Origin: Xylographa opegraphella
Taxonomy: Eukaryota
Assembly: GCA_022813865.1 (NCBI GenBank)
Contig: JALDZX010000067.1
Span: forward strand, 62,001 to 102,755
Direction of reading: 5' to 3'
Length of the DNA: 40,755 nt
The notes below the pieces were generated by a model. The model was not told the origin of the DNA. It did not search any database and saw only the letters and a list, made by a program, of their open reading frames with translations. Made by a program: the position numbers and the translations under genes. Shown here piece by piece: positions 1 to 13,550 of this stretch. Positions within the stretch are counted from its first letter, which is position 1. Every line of letters starts with the position of its first letter.

Positions 1-553
1 CAAGCTTCTCCACAAAGAAGTCCCGCAAACTTCTATCCGGAGGTACTGACGAGGTGTCGTTGCTGTATTTGAAAGCGTCTGCTATGATACCCCAGACCAG
101 ACCTGATAGTCGTTCTGCTTTCTTCTCATTCATAAAATCGCCGAGCTCATCATAAATTCCAGACCTTTCTCCTATCGACGAAGCCACCGTGTTCGTCTCC
201 TTTGCAAGATCCAGGATTGGATTACGATCGGTACCATGTATCCAGTTTGCACCCCTAGCGACGTCAGACAATGCTCCACGATAAAGGGTAAAGTGAAGGC
301 GAACATGTCCACAAGGTGGCCGAGATGGTTATCTTGATGGACCTATTCTTCTTAGTCCGTGTTCTGCTTTCACTACCACACCACCTACACGGCCTCCTAT
401 TCGGTCCCGTCCTTCTAGTATCGTGACCTTGATGCCTTTTTCCGATAAGACTTCTGCACATCTCAATCCAGAGAACCCTGCTCCCACGACGCAAACATGG
501 GGAGTCCTTGCAGCGGTGCCAACTTTATTGCGCATAGTCGCCCGTCCTAGCAT
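1..553 (-). CDS. Flavin-containing amine oxidase (polyamine oxidase-like), 5' part; runs off the window start
   Basis: FAD-binding [27 protein letters not shown]. After two short introns it reads [12 protein letters not shown] and [20 protein letters not shown]. Start ATG at 553 or 535. Confidence 0.88.
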
Positions 554-1325
554 AGTGGTGGTTTCCAATGTGATTGACGGTTCGGAGCCCAGTGAGCAAC
601 TGGAGAGATCGCGCTCAGTTCTAGAAAATCGGCCAGCCGGACTGTAATCCCGCCTGCAGTGAGCCTTGCCTTCCATCAGGGTTATATGAAGTTATCGATT
701 CCGAGTCGTAGTCAAAGAATAAACAAATAAGTGTACAATACAAAAGTGAGGAATGACTCTTCAAGGACTGACAGAACAGTTCTAGGAGTATTTATGCTAT
801 CGGTATTGAGCCATATATGCGATCAAAGTGTACAATCGCCACAAGACCATGAACCAACGTGTAAGAGGAAGCTACGTTCGACTCGTCCTTGCCACTATTG
901 TCGTAAATATTCATGAACAGCATCATAATACAACATCAGGAAGACTTTCGTGATTGACCAAGAGAATCCTACTTACAAATAGTGTGGTCTAGATGGTGGA
1001 ATCAAACTGCCGAGTCGTCACACCCCAACCATTCGAAAGCAGTGGCAAATATGAGGTGGAATATGTACGCAAGGTAGCGCCCGGTCTTGCAACGATGTTT
1101 GGCACGCACTCGGACCTATTGCAATTGGGTCATCCAACATGCCTACATAAGTACAACTAGGACCGCGGCACCTTCACAATACTGTACAGAGAACATGGTT
1201 ATATCATTCTATCTACATTCCTCGCATTCTCCATTTTCCACTGTCCAATAAACAGAACATAACAAGAACTCAAAACGGGCTAACCAATTCGTCAATAGCA
1301 ACCATACGGTTACAGCCGGAGCAGT

Positions 1326-3308
1326 TCAGTGCCAGGCACCTTGACTTAGTGATAGCAGATTCTGTACACACGCCAAGTCCACCTCTTCCCGATGCACGTC
1401 GTGCTCGCTCATGAAGGCTGTCACCTCCTGATCAACTCCTACATTCTCCTTATCCTCATAATTGCGCGGCTTTTTCATTTCTCTCCGTCGCGGTGTTGGA
1501 TTTTCCCGATTAAGTAATACCCCAAGACTTGTGCTGTGACTGGGTACACGTGTATTCTCTTGAAGTACTCCACGCGGTGGCCCTCCGGCTCTCTGCACCT
1601 GCAACGGGCGTCGTCGATGAGCATCGCTTGGATGTGTATCAGGTTCCCAGTTCTCCTTGTCCGAGTCACCAGATGACTCTCTCGTTAGCACTCGTTGTGA
1701 TTTGCTCTTCAAGTCCTTGTCTTTGGCCTTCGAGTTAAGCTTTTGGATATTGTGGTCAACCGTTTGTAATTTCGCGATTGATGAGGCTGTTCGTGCGATC
1801 TTGGGCCTCTCACTTCTGGACCCACCAAGAGACTTCCGCTTGGAAGAGTCTTGCTTTGCCTGTCTGGCGGTACTATTGAAGGCGGTCGGAAGCGAAATGC
1901 TCTTTGTAGAGCTAGACCTTATCAATCCAAGGACCCCGGAGGCAGAACCTTTTTGATCTTGCTCGGCTTGCACTGTCAACGCATTCCGTACATCGCTGTC
2001 GCAATAAAATTCCCATGCCCGAGCATCTCGGGACCTTCCAGAAGCAGGACGCCGTGGCCACGAGGATGTACCATTTATGTCTTGGTATGGCTGACTGCCA
2101 ACCTCTATAGCACTCTGGCTACGCTGTAGAGGTTTGGGTCGCCTATGTTGGATTGAAAAATTCAGTGGCACACGCGGTGGTGAGGGAGTGCTTCCATCTT
2201 CAATCACCTCCGCTTTACCGTCTAGAGATATGGAAAGTCGGAAAGAGGAGGATGTGCGCTTCAAGCTTCGAGAGGGTGAAGGTTTGGAGGAAGCGATTTC
2301 TTCAGATGCCTTAATTGCTTTGACGGGCAAACTCTCTGGCGGAGACGGCAATCCTTCACCTCCAACACCACAATTATGGCTGGTTGAGGTTCTCGAGTCC
2401 ATTACAGTCCGTACTACTTCCAATGATTTTTCTAATGGCCCTTCCATGCGTGTTGTTTCTGATGAATCTATGCTCCCAACTCCTTCACGAGGACTGTTCT
2501 CTATCAGCTCTACCGCTTTGTCATGTGTCTCAGCTTTTGTCACTGGATGTGTTTCCCCAAGTATGTTCTCTAGAGGAGCAGCGCGTTCATGTGTACCACT
2601 CCTGTGTATTTGGTAGCAGTTTACTCCTTCTAATTGTATGTCTGCCGTAGATGTTTGGCTGGATTGGACAAAATCCTGACTGTTCAGAACGAAGCTTGAA
2701 GATAAACCACCGTCTGTGCTCTCTTGGCTCGAATGGAGAGTCGAGAAGAGTTCGTGCGGCAAAAGTGGCCGTGATTTACGACGCGTTACTTGTCGCCTGT
2801 TCTGGAACCAAATCTATGCCGTATATCCAAGATTAGCTTTCTGCTGATACCTCATGACCTCGAAGCTATTCAATTGGATGATCTAAAAAGCTGGCCCTTC
2901 GACAGAGAAGCAATGATCGAATAAAACAAACCTGAACTTCTTTGTCGTTAAGGGCAACACGCTCCACGATCGCCGTTCTCGCAGCCTTGTCAGGCTTCGA
3001 ATTACGTTGATATTCTGACTCCAGAATTGCATGGTCCGCAGCACTAGATCGGGTCAGAGAGTGTTCCAGACATCGAGGGTGATGGAATACTACCTTGTCC
3101 GCTTCCGCTTGGAACGAGCGCGCTCATGGTGCTCAGAAGTTGGTAGTAGGTCGTCACTCATGCTGTCTTGGGATTGCAGGAAAAAGGTGGAGCTACCGCC
3201 ATTGGTATAATTGGACACCGTGTTAGAGGTGTTGGCTGTTTGTGGTGGACTGGCGGAGGAAGTACTACCGCCACTGCCTGACATCCCTTCGGGTGTGTTG
3301 CTACTCAT
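1326..3308 (-). CDS. Homeodomain transcription factor, Yox1/Yhp1-like (3 exons)
   Basis: Exons 3308-3094, 3043-2932 and 2813-1326 with GT-AG introns splice to SKRKRTSAADHAILESEYQRNSKPDKAARTAIVERVALNDKEVQ|IWFQNRRQ. Also FRLSISLDGKAEV, AWEFYCDSD and C-terminal CVQNLLSLSQGAW. Confidence 0.9.
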
Positions 3309-5963
3309 GAGAGCTTGCGATGGAAAGCGAGAATATCCAGTGTAACGAGGGTGTAAGTGGAATGAGAGATCAGGCGCGACACGTCTATGCGCGTCAATAT
3401 TAATGTGGGATGAAGATCGGGCGAAGTCGTAATTCTTCGGGTTCGGGCCGAAGCCAAGCTTCGAACCACAGAATTCACCACGAACTTTGTACCCAAGATT
3501 AGTTGGACGCCTACGAAGTGATCATCGCAATAGGACATGCGTGAAGCCTTCTTTACATCTATCTGAGAATACATGCAGATGCTACGGAAAACTAATTCTG
3601 TGTTGCTAAGGCTGGTCGTGTTAATTGTGCGCCATTCTGAATGGGGCCCATCAAAGTCATCAAGATCTTCACATTTCGGAGTAAAATATGAGCATTGTGC
3701 ACAGCCCCCGTCAACAGGCACCCGTTCTCCGACGGACTCACAGAGAAGCTGGTCTGTACGGTAGCATCCAATCAATGCGCGGTATGCCAGTGTCCCAACA
3801 AGAATCTGCGCTGCCGATGATGAACATGTTGAAGGTTATTTCGAAGCAGGTTCGTTAGTAATTGATGATTGTAGCCTCGAACAATTGTTATATCTGACCA
3901 GCTGGCAGGTCACTTACCGTGCGTCTCCGTTCTTAGACTTGTTTACCTAAAGTACTTGGACGCGCTGGCATTGCATGACGGAAGACGCGACGCGAATGTC
4001 CGTGCATCGCCAGGTCTTGTGATCCAGCCCTGCTTGAAAAGCGTGCTAGATTACCTTAGTTCGATGCAAGAAAACGAGGAAACGACCGTCTTTCTCCCGC
4101 GAGCTGCAGATCAGCATTAAGGCAAACTCCAGGCAACCCCAGCCGTCTGGCAACTGTCATATGCGCCTGGCATCGCTACTGCCTGAATCGATAGGATATC
4201 TGACTGTGCACTTTGCCTGATGCCCCCCTACGGCCACTCCGGTGGTTTTTGGACCCCACTCTACAACCCTCGGCTGAACGAAGGCACGACAGAGTCCACA
4301 ACAAGCCTGGAGAACCCTTCCTTGGTGATCACACCGATAAACGCTGAGCGACAACAGGCTCAATGAATCGACCAGGGGCGGCTGTCTGGATGAAGGGATG
4401 TCCAAGCGATACCAGCATGACGGCACTAGCATGAGGAGAGGGTCATCTGTTCCCTTGCGTGAGGTCGGCCTTGAAAGCTCGACTACCCCAAGGGACTGAG
4501 AGCGTAAAGGCTCCTTTCATTGGCTTTGGAATCCCTTCGGTCACCATTGGCTTTCGAATATGCGTTCTGCATCGTCATTCGGCGCTTTCTTGCCGCTACT
4601 TGCTTGCGAATTCGACACCAGTGCCTCCATGAGTCGATATCCTTGGTCTACTATGATGGAAGGCTTATCTATTTGTCCTACGAACACGCTCTAATGCAGC
4701 CCTCCTGCAGCCTTCCAAGGCCAATATGCAGGAAGACGCCTCATCATTTCACCGAACACCTCGAGTGGATCTGTAGCTGCCGTTGCCGGAATACGACTTC
4801 TCGACAGCCTCGATAACCCAACGGCTGCCTTGGTAAGGACCCGGTCGATTGGCAGTGTTCGGGATGCTAACGATAGGGGCGAAGCCGTAGTTCCGAACCT
4901 TGAAAACCCTTCGAAAGCGTGCTATATTCCCCGTCCGTCACTAAATCTAGGCTGCACGGACGTTTGCCCGTTGACTACCATGGGAGACCATGTCTAGACC
5001 GTGGCTGTCATCGGATGAAAAGGCGTAATGTCCCGGGATTCCATGTACTCGCAGACTACTACCGTCTGGATGCTGGAGATCCTCCCAGCGATCTCTATCC
5101 CAATGGTCGCATGACAATTATAGTACACGTGTTGTCGAACTTTGATCCACGTCCTTTGTTCCAGGCATCATCTCAGCCCTAGTATGCACTACAGAACAAT
5201 AAGAAAATGAAAAATCGCCATTGCTAACTTCTCCTTTCCTTCAATACCGACAGTGGTATGTACTGCAAGACCATATAATTCGTTCTCTGTTCTTGGTTCA
5301 ACGGTACCTTGTCTGCTTCAGATCAGACAATGACATGGTTCATAGAACTCATGCCGCAGCTTGACAACATCCTGTCAAACAGCAATACAAGCCTCCTCAG
5401 GGTCCTCAAGCCTTTGGGCTAAAGGAAGGATAAGCCAGGCAGCCAGAATGCTACTGCATGTGGATTTAAAACTTCTCGCTCGCTTACTAGGCACCTTGAC
5501 CAATTGACTGGTTATCCGGTGTGACCGTATTCGTAGTTGTTTGGTAATTATTGTGATGGTGTGTTGCCACTCCTGCTTGTGACCTTCTCTCATGATCTCA
5601 AGGGTATCAAGGGCTATTGGCTGTTTCTTGTTGTCGGTATCTTGCGATTCATTGGCGAGACTATTATCGTCTAAAAGATATGGGATCTGTACCCTACACC
5701 GCTAGGTATATTCTCCTGCGTGCCGCACCCAAGCTCTGCTGGGCTTGTCTATTGTATGCATATGATCTTTCCGCAGTCTTTGACTCATTTCGGCAATTCC
5801 GGCTGCCAATCGATTCTATGACGGGGAGGGAAGACAATCGATAGGGGTCCTAGAGCCTCATCTCAACAGAAGTCTCTTATGGAGTGCTGAATTGATAAAG
5901 AACATTCTTGGCTTTATACCGTCTCTTCTATCGAAGCCGTTGCACACCTGATCAAAGTTCATC

Positions 5964-6976
5964 ATGAGAATCGCTATAGCCGGCAGTAACAGCCTTGCGC
6001 ACTGGGTTGCTCACTTTCTTGCTGATGAAGGTCGGCACCAATTTATCTTGCTCTCTAGGACAGTACGTGAGAATCTGTTCGCAATTGGACATGGCATTGA
6101 TATAGAGTAGGCGAAACCTCCCTTGACAGCTCGAGGATGGCAAGTTATTATTGTCAACTACGGCAACCAGGGCAACCTGATCTTCAACCTGGCCGGAATA
6201 GATGTCGTCGTGTCAACGGTCACTGGAAACGCTCAATTGGCTCTCATTGACGCGGCGCTCAAGGCAGGCGTCGAGCGCTTCATACCCGCCGAATACGGAG
6301 GCTCTCTCACTCGTCGAATGCCCATTGATCCGCTGGATAGGGGTCAATCGGTAGCTATAAGTCGTTTACGGCAATATGAGTCACAAGGTATGGCTCACAC
6401 GGTCTTCGCATGCGGTGTTCTTTACGAACGATTCTGTCCCGGTGGGCTCAGGTTGGCGAACGTCGGACAAAGCTCTGGTGCAAGTGAAGAGGGTGACTAC
6501 ATTGTCAACATACGCTCCATGAGAGCCCAGGTACCGTATGATGCATCAGGTCGTCCAGCAATGATTTCGATGACAGCAGCACGGGACGTTGGGCATTTTA
6601 TCGTCGCTGCTCTGGATCTACCACAGAGACCGAGAGAGTTCCGCATGCGTGGAGACAGGATGAATGCCTCGGACCTTGTTCGAGTTGCTGAGGTGATGAG
6701 AGGTGCGCCTGATGATGCCCTGTCTCTAAGCGTCACTGATGACTTCCAGGAACGGACTTCGAACGAGCGCAACACAACTCAGCCACCTTGAGTGACCGTC
6801 TCACGCTAGCTAGGACCTCTCATAACGAGCAAGAGACCACTCGCGTTCATCTCCTCATGGCTACCGGGGAGGGCAGGTTCGACTTCGACGACGCGAACCT
6901 CAACAGTCTGGTCGATTTCACCCCCGTACGGTTCCAAGATTGGCTACACACGGTGTGGGCAGGAGACTTGCCATAG
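5964..6976 (+). CDS. NmrA-like / isoflavone reductase family protein (3 exons)
   Basis: Exons 5964-6062, 6111-6702 and 6750-6976 splice in frame: MRIAIAGSNSLA.., GIDVVVSTV, QLALIDAALKAGVERFIPAEYG, RDVGHFIVAALDLP. Confidence 0.88.
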
Positions 6977-7970
6977 GGTTCTCCAAACGTGCAGGTCATG
7001 AATACTTTCTTTCAAGGCATTCCGGAATATTTTTTTTCACCATTCACTTAGCTGGCTAAGCAAAGGATCATAGTTGATTATATCCGCGTTGATCTTTCAT
7101 TATCATAGGTGGCTGCCGTATTGGTACTCATTCAGAGCATATGCTACCTCGGTCACCGCTCGAGAAAGAATCCGCCCCGACAAGAGCAGCTCGTCCTCCA
7201 CTCTCCTCCTTATTCCTAATCAGTCGATTCCCACTCACGAGCGTAGCCTCGGTCATCACATAGATACGCTCTACCATCGCTATGGCTTCCCATCCACAGG
7301 GTCCAGACCTCACCGTTTATCCTCGCTGCTTCTATTATCACCCCAATTTCCCTACCCATCCGCCTCCGCCGCCCCTACCAAGACCCACAAATGCCGCATT
7401 TTGCCCATGAGTAGCATTCCGACATGCACCCTCCCAATTATCGTGTACTGCTTTACGATGGATGTGGCGCAGGGACGAGCGGGGATGGTAGGGAATGCTA
7501 TTCCGTGTAGCTGGCTTAGATGGTGCTCGTGCTTGACTGCGTACCTGGGGACCATGCCGTTCGGGTACGGATGGACAAAGACGCGCTTGCTTGTCCTAAA
7601 CGAAAATGAATGGGAGAAGATTGTACCTCGGGGTTGGATCTTGAGGCATGAATTATACATAGCAAAGCTCGGGTTCCCTGCTTGCTCGTGGCGGGGAGGT
7701 TGAGTCTTGATGCATGGGCTAGGAAGAGCGTGCGAGGTTTGTGCTTGCATCGCAAGGGTTCCGTTGGTTGTATGGGTCGTTGACACGTATCATATTTGGC
7801 GAGATAGCATAAGATATCTCAGACTCGCTCCCATCGCCTTCTCCAAAGCGCGAACGCCAGCGCCTCCTGTTCAAAGGCATAGGCGTGCCTCACAAGCAGC
7901 TTTCGCCTTTTGCGATTCTCTTTACGTAACCCCGTGCAGAGCCATCATAGTAAGCTGCGGAAGCCTTGCA

Positions 7971-9190
7971 TCAAGGCATACCCCAGATACACACGGTGCC
8001 TATCCACACGCATCAGCTCCGCCTCCAAGCATGGGCCACAGCAACACGTAGAATTAGTACTCACCGTCGCCCCCCGCGCTCGCCCACTCCCTACCCTTCC
8101 CGTTCCAAGCCACCGCGCTGGCCACCTTGCCCTCATGAGCCCTCATCTTCTCGACCACCTTCCCTTCGAGCAGGTCCCACGCGTACAAGTGGCCGTCCTC
8201 GCTCCCGCTCACCACCACCGCGTCATGAAGGCCCAAGCACGACCTCACCCGGTACTCGGTATTCGCGTGCCCGCAGAACGCCTGCAGCAGCTGGCCGTTC
8301 ACGCGGTCCATCAGCCGCAGCGTCGAATCCAGCGTCGACACCAGCACCGCCGTGCCGTCGGCCGTCAGGGCCACCGACGTGACCGGATCTAGAACCTCCA
8401 TATCAGCAATCCTCTCCTTCGTGAAAATAGCAAAGCAAAAGCACGGACGGCACTCACAGCCCAGCACATCCGTGTGCACGACCCCCATCCGCACATCATA
8501 CACCCTCACCCTCCCGTCCACACTTCCCGCCACGATCTCTGACCCCGCCACGACGACGCAGCTGACGCTGTCGCGCGCGTCCTCAAACACCTGCACGGGC
8601 TTCGTCGCCGCGCTCTTGGCGTCCCACACCCGCACCGTGGCATCGAAGCTGCCGCTGACGACCAGCTCCTGGGCGGGGCCGCCGAACGCCACCGCATTGA
8701 CCCGCCCGCCGTGGCCCGCCCACCGCCGCAGCGTGCGTCCCGTGGCCACGTCCCACAGGAAGACCTGCCGGTCGCCGCCCACGCTGGCGAAGCGCGCGTT
8801 GTCGTCCGACACCGCGAGGTCGAGCACTTCGTAGCCGTGCGCCGAGTACGTCTGGATGAGGCCGGCGGCGGCGGCGGCGGGGCCGGGCTTGCCGACGGGA
8901 GCGTCGCTGGCTAGGGCGGAGGGGGCGGCTTTGAGCGGGTTGTAGAGGCGGATGGTGCGGTCGGAGGAGCCGGTAAGGACCTGGGGCGTGGTTAGCGAGG
9001 AAGTGGGATGTGGGTAAGCAGCTGGCCGGCGGCTCGTACATATTGACCGGCGCCGGCGGAGAAGGTGACGCAGTGGACGGGGCCTGGTGGGGACGGCGGT
9101 CAGTTGGTTACCGTAGGGAACGGAGGGGCGGAGAGGGGGTCTACCGCCATGCCCGGTCAGCTTCGCGGTCAGGCGGTTGGGGAAAATCAT
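7971..9190 (-). CDS. WD40 repeat protein, MORG1/WDR83-like (about 5 exons)
   Basis: WD repeats VLTGSSDRTIRLYNP, TYSAHGYEVLDLAVSDDNARFASVGGDRQVFLWDVATG, SGSFDATVRVWD, STLDSTLRLMD, SGSEDG. Last exon GTVCIWGMP* with stop at 7971. Confidence 0.9.
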
Positions 9191-9944
9191 CCCATGTTCG
9201 GGCTCAGAGCTCGTTCTAGGTGCTGGTGGCGGCAGAGATTGTCGTCTGGGGGAATTTGCAGATAGCTATCGAGGACGAGCGTATTGACTTTTGAATTAAT
9301 GCTACTCGGTTCTGAATTGTTGACGCTAACGCTAAATCCCAATGCTCTCGCCCTGAACCCCGACAAAGAACAATGCTCGCGGGGTCGAAGGACACCGGTA
9401 TATTAAACCAATGCAGAAGGTGAGCCGAAAACCCTTTCGGCGTGTCTGATTCTCTAAGCAGGCTTGGCCAAATACCCTTCAGGTTCCCATAACTCTTTTC
9501 TTACCACTCCTGCTTGACCAGTTTTCCTGGCGAAACTTGACTCAGGTGCGGACTGCAACGGCGTCTAATACTCTCCTGCGTGTGCCGACCGCCCTTGTAC
9601 TTCTGCCACAAATACTCCTAAACCCCCTTTGTATTATTCCTGTATATCCATTGTTTTGAATTATCGACGGCCCAAAGGGGTTCATTCAACACAATGCCAA
9701 GAGTGCCGTATGAATCTTCCCCTCGTTGCCTCAAAATCTCGAGCGATGAGCGCCTCGAGCAACCAGTGCCACCGGCAAGCTGAAGCCCGAAATGCAGAAA
9801 CCGTAGTCCATGAGTATTTCACAACAGATGGAACGTGCTGAAGGAGCGAGGGAGATTTATCCTACTACATAGGAGCCTAAGAGGAATCCAATTTTCTACG
9901 ACTATTTGAAGGGACGCTGCAATCGAGTATACCCACGCATGTTG

Positions 9945-10569
9945 AAAGTTGTAGCGCGAATCAAGCGACGAAACATCAAAATTTTTGGATTTAAAAATCC
10001 TTTAAAATCACCCTTTTACGTCGCTACGTAACAACGGCAAGTCAGAATATGATATTAAAAATTAAAAATTTCAAAAGATTTAAATCTTATAAATTATTAT
10101 CGCGTATTTATTAAAATACTTAATGTGACGGCTATGACATCAGTCACAGGTAATAGGGGTCGGGCTGGATCAGGACTAGCACCTTTAGTATATAGTCTCG
10201 CCCATGGAGCAGCCTCACCGCTTCTCCTTCTTAATCTGGGTTGAAATCGTCCACCTAAAGCTTACGTTCTAGGCGTGCTTGTGTGGTGAGTTGATGAGCC
10301 GTAACACTTAAAAAATCGAGGATTTAACGGGCTTGAAACTTTTAAATTATTTCTTTTAAAATTATACAAATCGCTTTACTATTTATCATAAAAAATCGAA
10401 CCATATTATAAAGTTAGAATTAAATAACAATTAAATATATTTATAAAATTTAAACAATTTAATATATTCTAGCTTGCCGTTGTTGCGTAACAGCGTAAAA
10501 GGATAATTTTACAGAATTTTAAGATTAAAAAAATTTTATATTCCGTCGCTTGATTCCCGCTCCAACTTT
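9945..10569. mobile_element. AT-rich non-autonomous element with long imperfect terminal inverted repeats (MITE/foldback-like relic)
   Basis: Left arm AAAGTTGTAGCGCGAATCAAGCGACG..CCTTTTACG..AACAACGGCAAG (from 9945) matches the reverse complement of CTTGCCGTTGTTGCGT..CGTAAAAGG..CGTCGCTTGATTCCCGCTCCAACTTT (to 10569) over more than 100 bp. No ORF inside. Confidence 0.75.
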
Positions 10570-11262
10570 TTGCATATCGAGGTTGATGAGCGTTTTTTTC
10601 AGCCTTAGTACTTTGCTACCGCTAGCACACGACGGACCACCACCCCACACACTGGACATCTTAACCCAGTCGGTGCAAAATCAGCTGTGGCTGCTTGTAC
10701 AGCGCAGCAGGAGCTACATCGGACTATCCGAGACAGCACACGGTGGAAGATTATGATTGGCTCTGCCTCGTGCTAGCGACGGCACGTGATGACGATGACT
10801 AACTGCCAGAGGATCGTACTTAGACAAAGTGTGATATGTGACGATGTACAACAATTATGGTGATCGATCAAGATCAGCATAACGGCTAATGGCATCCCAA
10901 GCCAACCGTCTTTAACGCCTGGTATTAAATGTTCCTATCTGCACGCAGCTCGTATATAACGTGGAAAAGAGGCCATGATTATAATCCGTACAGCTCGATG
11001 GCAACAGCCAGTCTAGGTCAAATCAGCTTCGGCAGATAGCACACGCTACGAGTTCCTACGCGCAAGATGCATAGGCAATTTTTTTGGACTAGTTTACAAA
11101 CATGGGCACCACTGCGCGCAAGCACGATTTAACGAAACGCTTCGATGAGATACCCCACGCGGGCAGCTTTCCGGGGTGCAACTTTCCCTCCAGAGCAGCC
11201 AGTTGTTTGCCCTCATTCACAAACGCCAGAAGGCGAAAGGAAAAATTGGCCGGTAAGCAATG

Positions 11263-12464
11263 CTATATGGTGTCGCCGAGGTACAAAGGGTAGTCTCTGC
11301 CGATGTCGATATCGATGATGCGTTTCCGACACTGCTTGCTCTTGGACCAGGATTCGGGATCAATATCCCATGGCGGTCCTGCCGAAGGTGGTGTCAGTCG
11401 GCCGCTATAAAGTAAGTTATAGAGGGACAGGATGACGGCCACCAGCGACCACATTCGCCGCGCTCCGATCAGATCGGGAATTCTGGTGGCATCTAACTCA
11501 GGGTGCCGGTGAAGGTGTTGTCCTTGTTTCCCGGTCTTTGTACCCTAGCTGGCGGGCGGTTCCAAAATCGGCGAGGACGATTCTTGGAAACGGTCGCCAG
11601 CTCTGCGTGTGTGTCGCGCCGGTGAAACAGAATGGGTAGGGAAGCGTTTTCTCGACTTGCCGCTGGGTCAACCAAGGCCGGCAAAGGAAGATATAGCCAG
11701 TTTTACATCGCGATGCAGGATCGTGGGCCACTTCTTCCGGAGCTTCTCTGCGAGTGGAAGCTCTGTTCCGTTATGTGGCGTGATCGGGGACGCATTGCCA
11801 GGCTTGATACTGGGGTGGGATGTACTGAAGTGCGCTGGTGAGGCTCTGGAATACGTGCCAGATGAAAGATTCATGGATTCTGACGGAACGACCAGATGAT
11901 CGTTGAAAGTTGTATCTGAAAATGGAGTTGTCAGCGACAGTTCAAGGATTGCTGGCGATTATATTCAGCGTCAGAAGCGCCGCTCGGATTATGGTAGTAT
12001 GGGTTGGCTGTGAAGATTAGCTGGACAAGGGTTGTAATCAACTTATCAATGACCAGATGCAAAGGATTTGAGGGCCAGACACACTCTGGTTTTTTCTGAT
12101 GATCCAGCCCGATCCCGTGGCGCTGATAATACATACGATTCGACGGCTCTGTCCAAGCTACCAAGGTCACAAACTCGATGTAAAGACTGCCCTGTCGTGG
12201 AGGCAGCGTGGTGAAGGCGGTCACGAATTCGATATTATCGGGATGCTTCAGGTGATGCAAAACCTGTATCTCTCGCACCCGATACTTCTTTTTGCCGTCA
12301 ATCTGCTTTTGCACACAGGTTCTGGCGTCAGTCTTCTTCCGGATAAGATAGATGCCGAGCTTCAAGCCTCCGATTTTATCATGCCCTCCATCGGTCACTA
12401 TAGTTTGTGAAAAGTGACCCTCCAGGTTTGTACCCGGGATCTCAGCAGGACAGCGAGGCGGCAA
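11263..12464 (-). pseudogene. Ser/Thr protein kinase pseudogene (NIMA/NEK-like)
   Basis: Kinase motifs split over frames: CVQKQI..REIQVLHHLKHPDNIEFV..LYIEF, TILHRDVK, RIVLADFG, FTGTLS*MPPE, MWSLVAVI. Several frameshifts and in-frame stops. Confidence 0.8.
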
Positions 12465-12719
12465 TCTGTAAGCGTCGGTATAGCTTTGGCTCCATGATTG
12501 TGGAGCTATACTCGAAATTAACGGATATTCAATCTAATGCCGCAATCATTTATTCAATAATATCTATGATGAAGACGTCTTCTTCCTCGCGGTCGTGCCT
12601 TCTCAAACGAGTGGAACAGGAAATAATCATAAAGGATGTTCTTTCAGATATTCCGGTAAATTTGCGATCACAGTGACTCGTAGACCTTGATCTTATTACT
12701 TACCTATTCAGTTATTACT

Positions 12720-13550
12720 ATGCCTCATCCTATACAATCACATAAGTCAGAGGAAGGGCTGATGAGAAGGTTTTTCTCCGTCGATACTGCCAAGGTAGCC
12801 GCAAGGACTAGCTCCGTCCGACTCCAGCGACGACGACGACCAGCCGATGGCAAGTCGAAGATTAACGCGCGATCAGAATGCCATCACATATCTAACAGCA
12901 GGGCTTCGGATGTGATTGATGTAAAGGCAGTCACACCGGTTCCTCGTCGACCACGCTGCCCAAAGATTAGCAAGCCTCCAGCATCAGTGTTATCAGCGCC
13001 GGAGCAAGTGATTGCCGAGCCTGTCGCGCACACGAGGCTGAGCCGTCTTTACGATGGAAGGGAGAAGAGTGAGTGTGGAGCTGGGACTGATTGCAAGCAA
13101 GAGGGCGCCCGCACCACTGCAGCAGCGCAGACGCATGGCTCGATCAAGGTCGAAAGGCAAGACGTGGCGTGCGCCGTCGGTAAGGACAGCTCAAATGAGA
13201 GCGCCTCGAGCAAAAGCGTTGTTCGAGATACAGTTCTCGACAGCTCCACCGTCGCTCGGACCAGACCGGATCAACAGATAGGCGTGCAAATGAAGAGCGC
13301 CGAGCAGCTGCAGCAGGACGAGTGGAGATTAGTCCGAGCAGCGCTGCAGGTGGAGCTGGATCCTGGGCAGGACGTGTACGGAGACGGTGCCACCTTACAC
13401 GAGCGCCACGGACGGCAGAGGGCTTGGAAGCACGCTGAACGCAACTTCTTCCCGCCGGGCTCACAGCACCTGGATCCGGAGGACGTGGTTCGGAGCGTGC
13501 TGGAGAGGCATGTGAAACTGAAGGTTGGGCGAGTTCGCCCGGCGGGCTGA
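12720..13550 (+). CDS. Hypothetical protein (single exon, no recognisable domain)
   Basis: Open frame of about 276 codons from ATG 12720; low-complexity N-terminus, more ordered C-terminal region. Confidence 0.4.
   Translation: MPHPIQSHKSEEGLMRRFFSVDTAKVAARTSSVRLQRRRRPADGKSKINARSECHHISNSRASDVIDVKAVTPVPRRPRCPKISKPPASVLSAPEQVIAEPVAHTRLSRLYDGREKSECGAGTDCKQEGARTTAAAQTHGSIKVERQDVACAVGKDSSNESASSKSVVRDTVLDSSTVARTRPDQQIGVQMKSAEQLQQDEWRLVRAALQVELDPGQDVYGDGATLHERHGRQRAWKHAERNFFPPGSQHLDPEDVVRSVLERHVKLKVGRVRPAG

Noticed and set aside
7074..7900. ORFs of 209 and 144 aa between NmrA and MORG1
   Set aside because: No domain, atypical composition, and the longer one has a non-ATG start.
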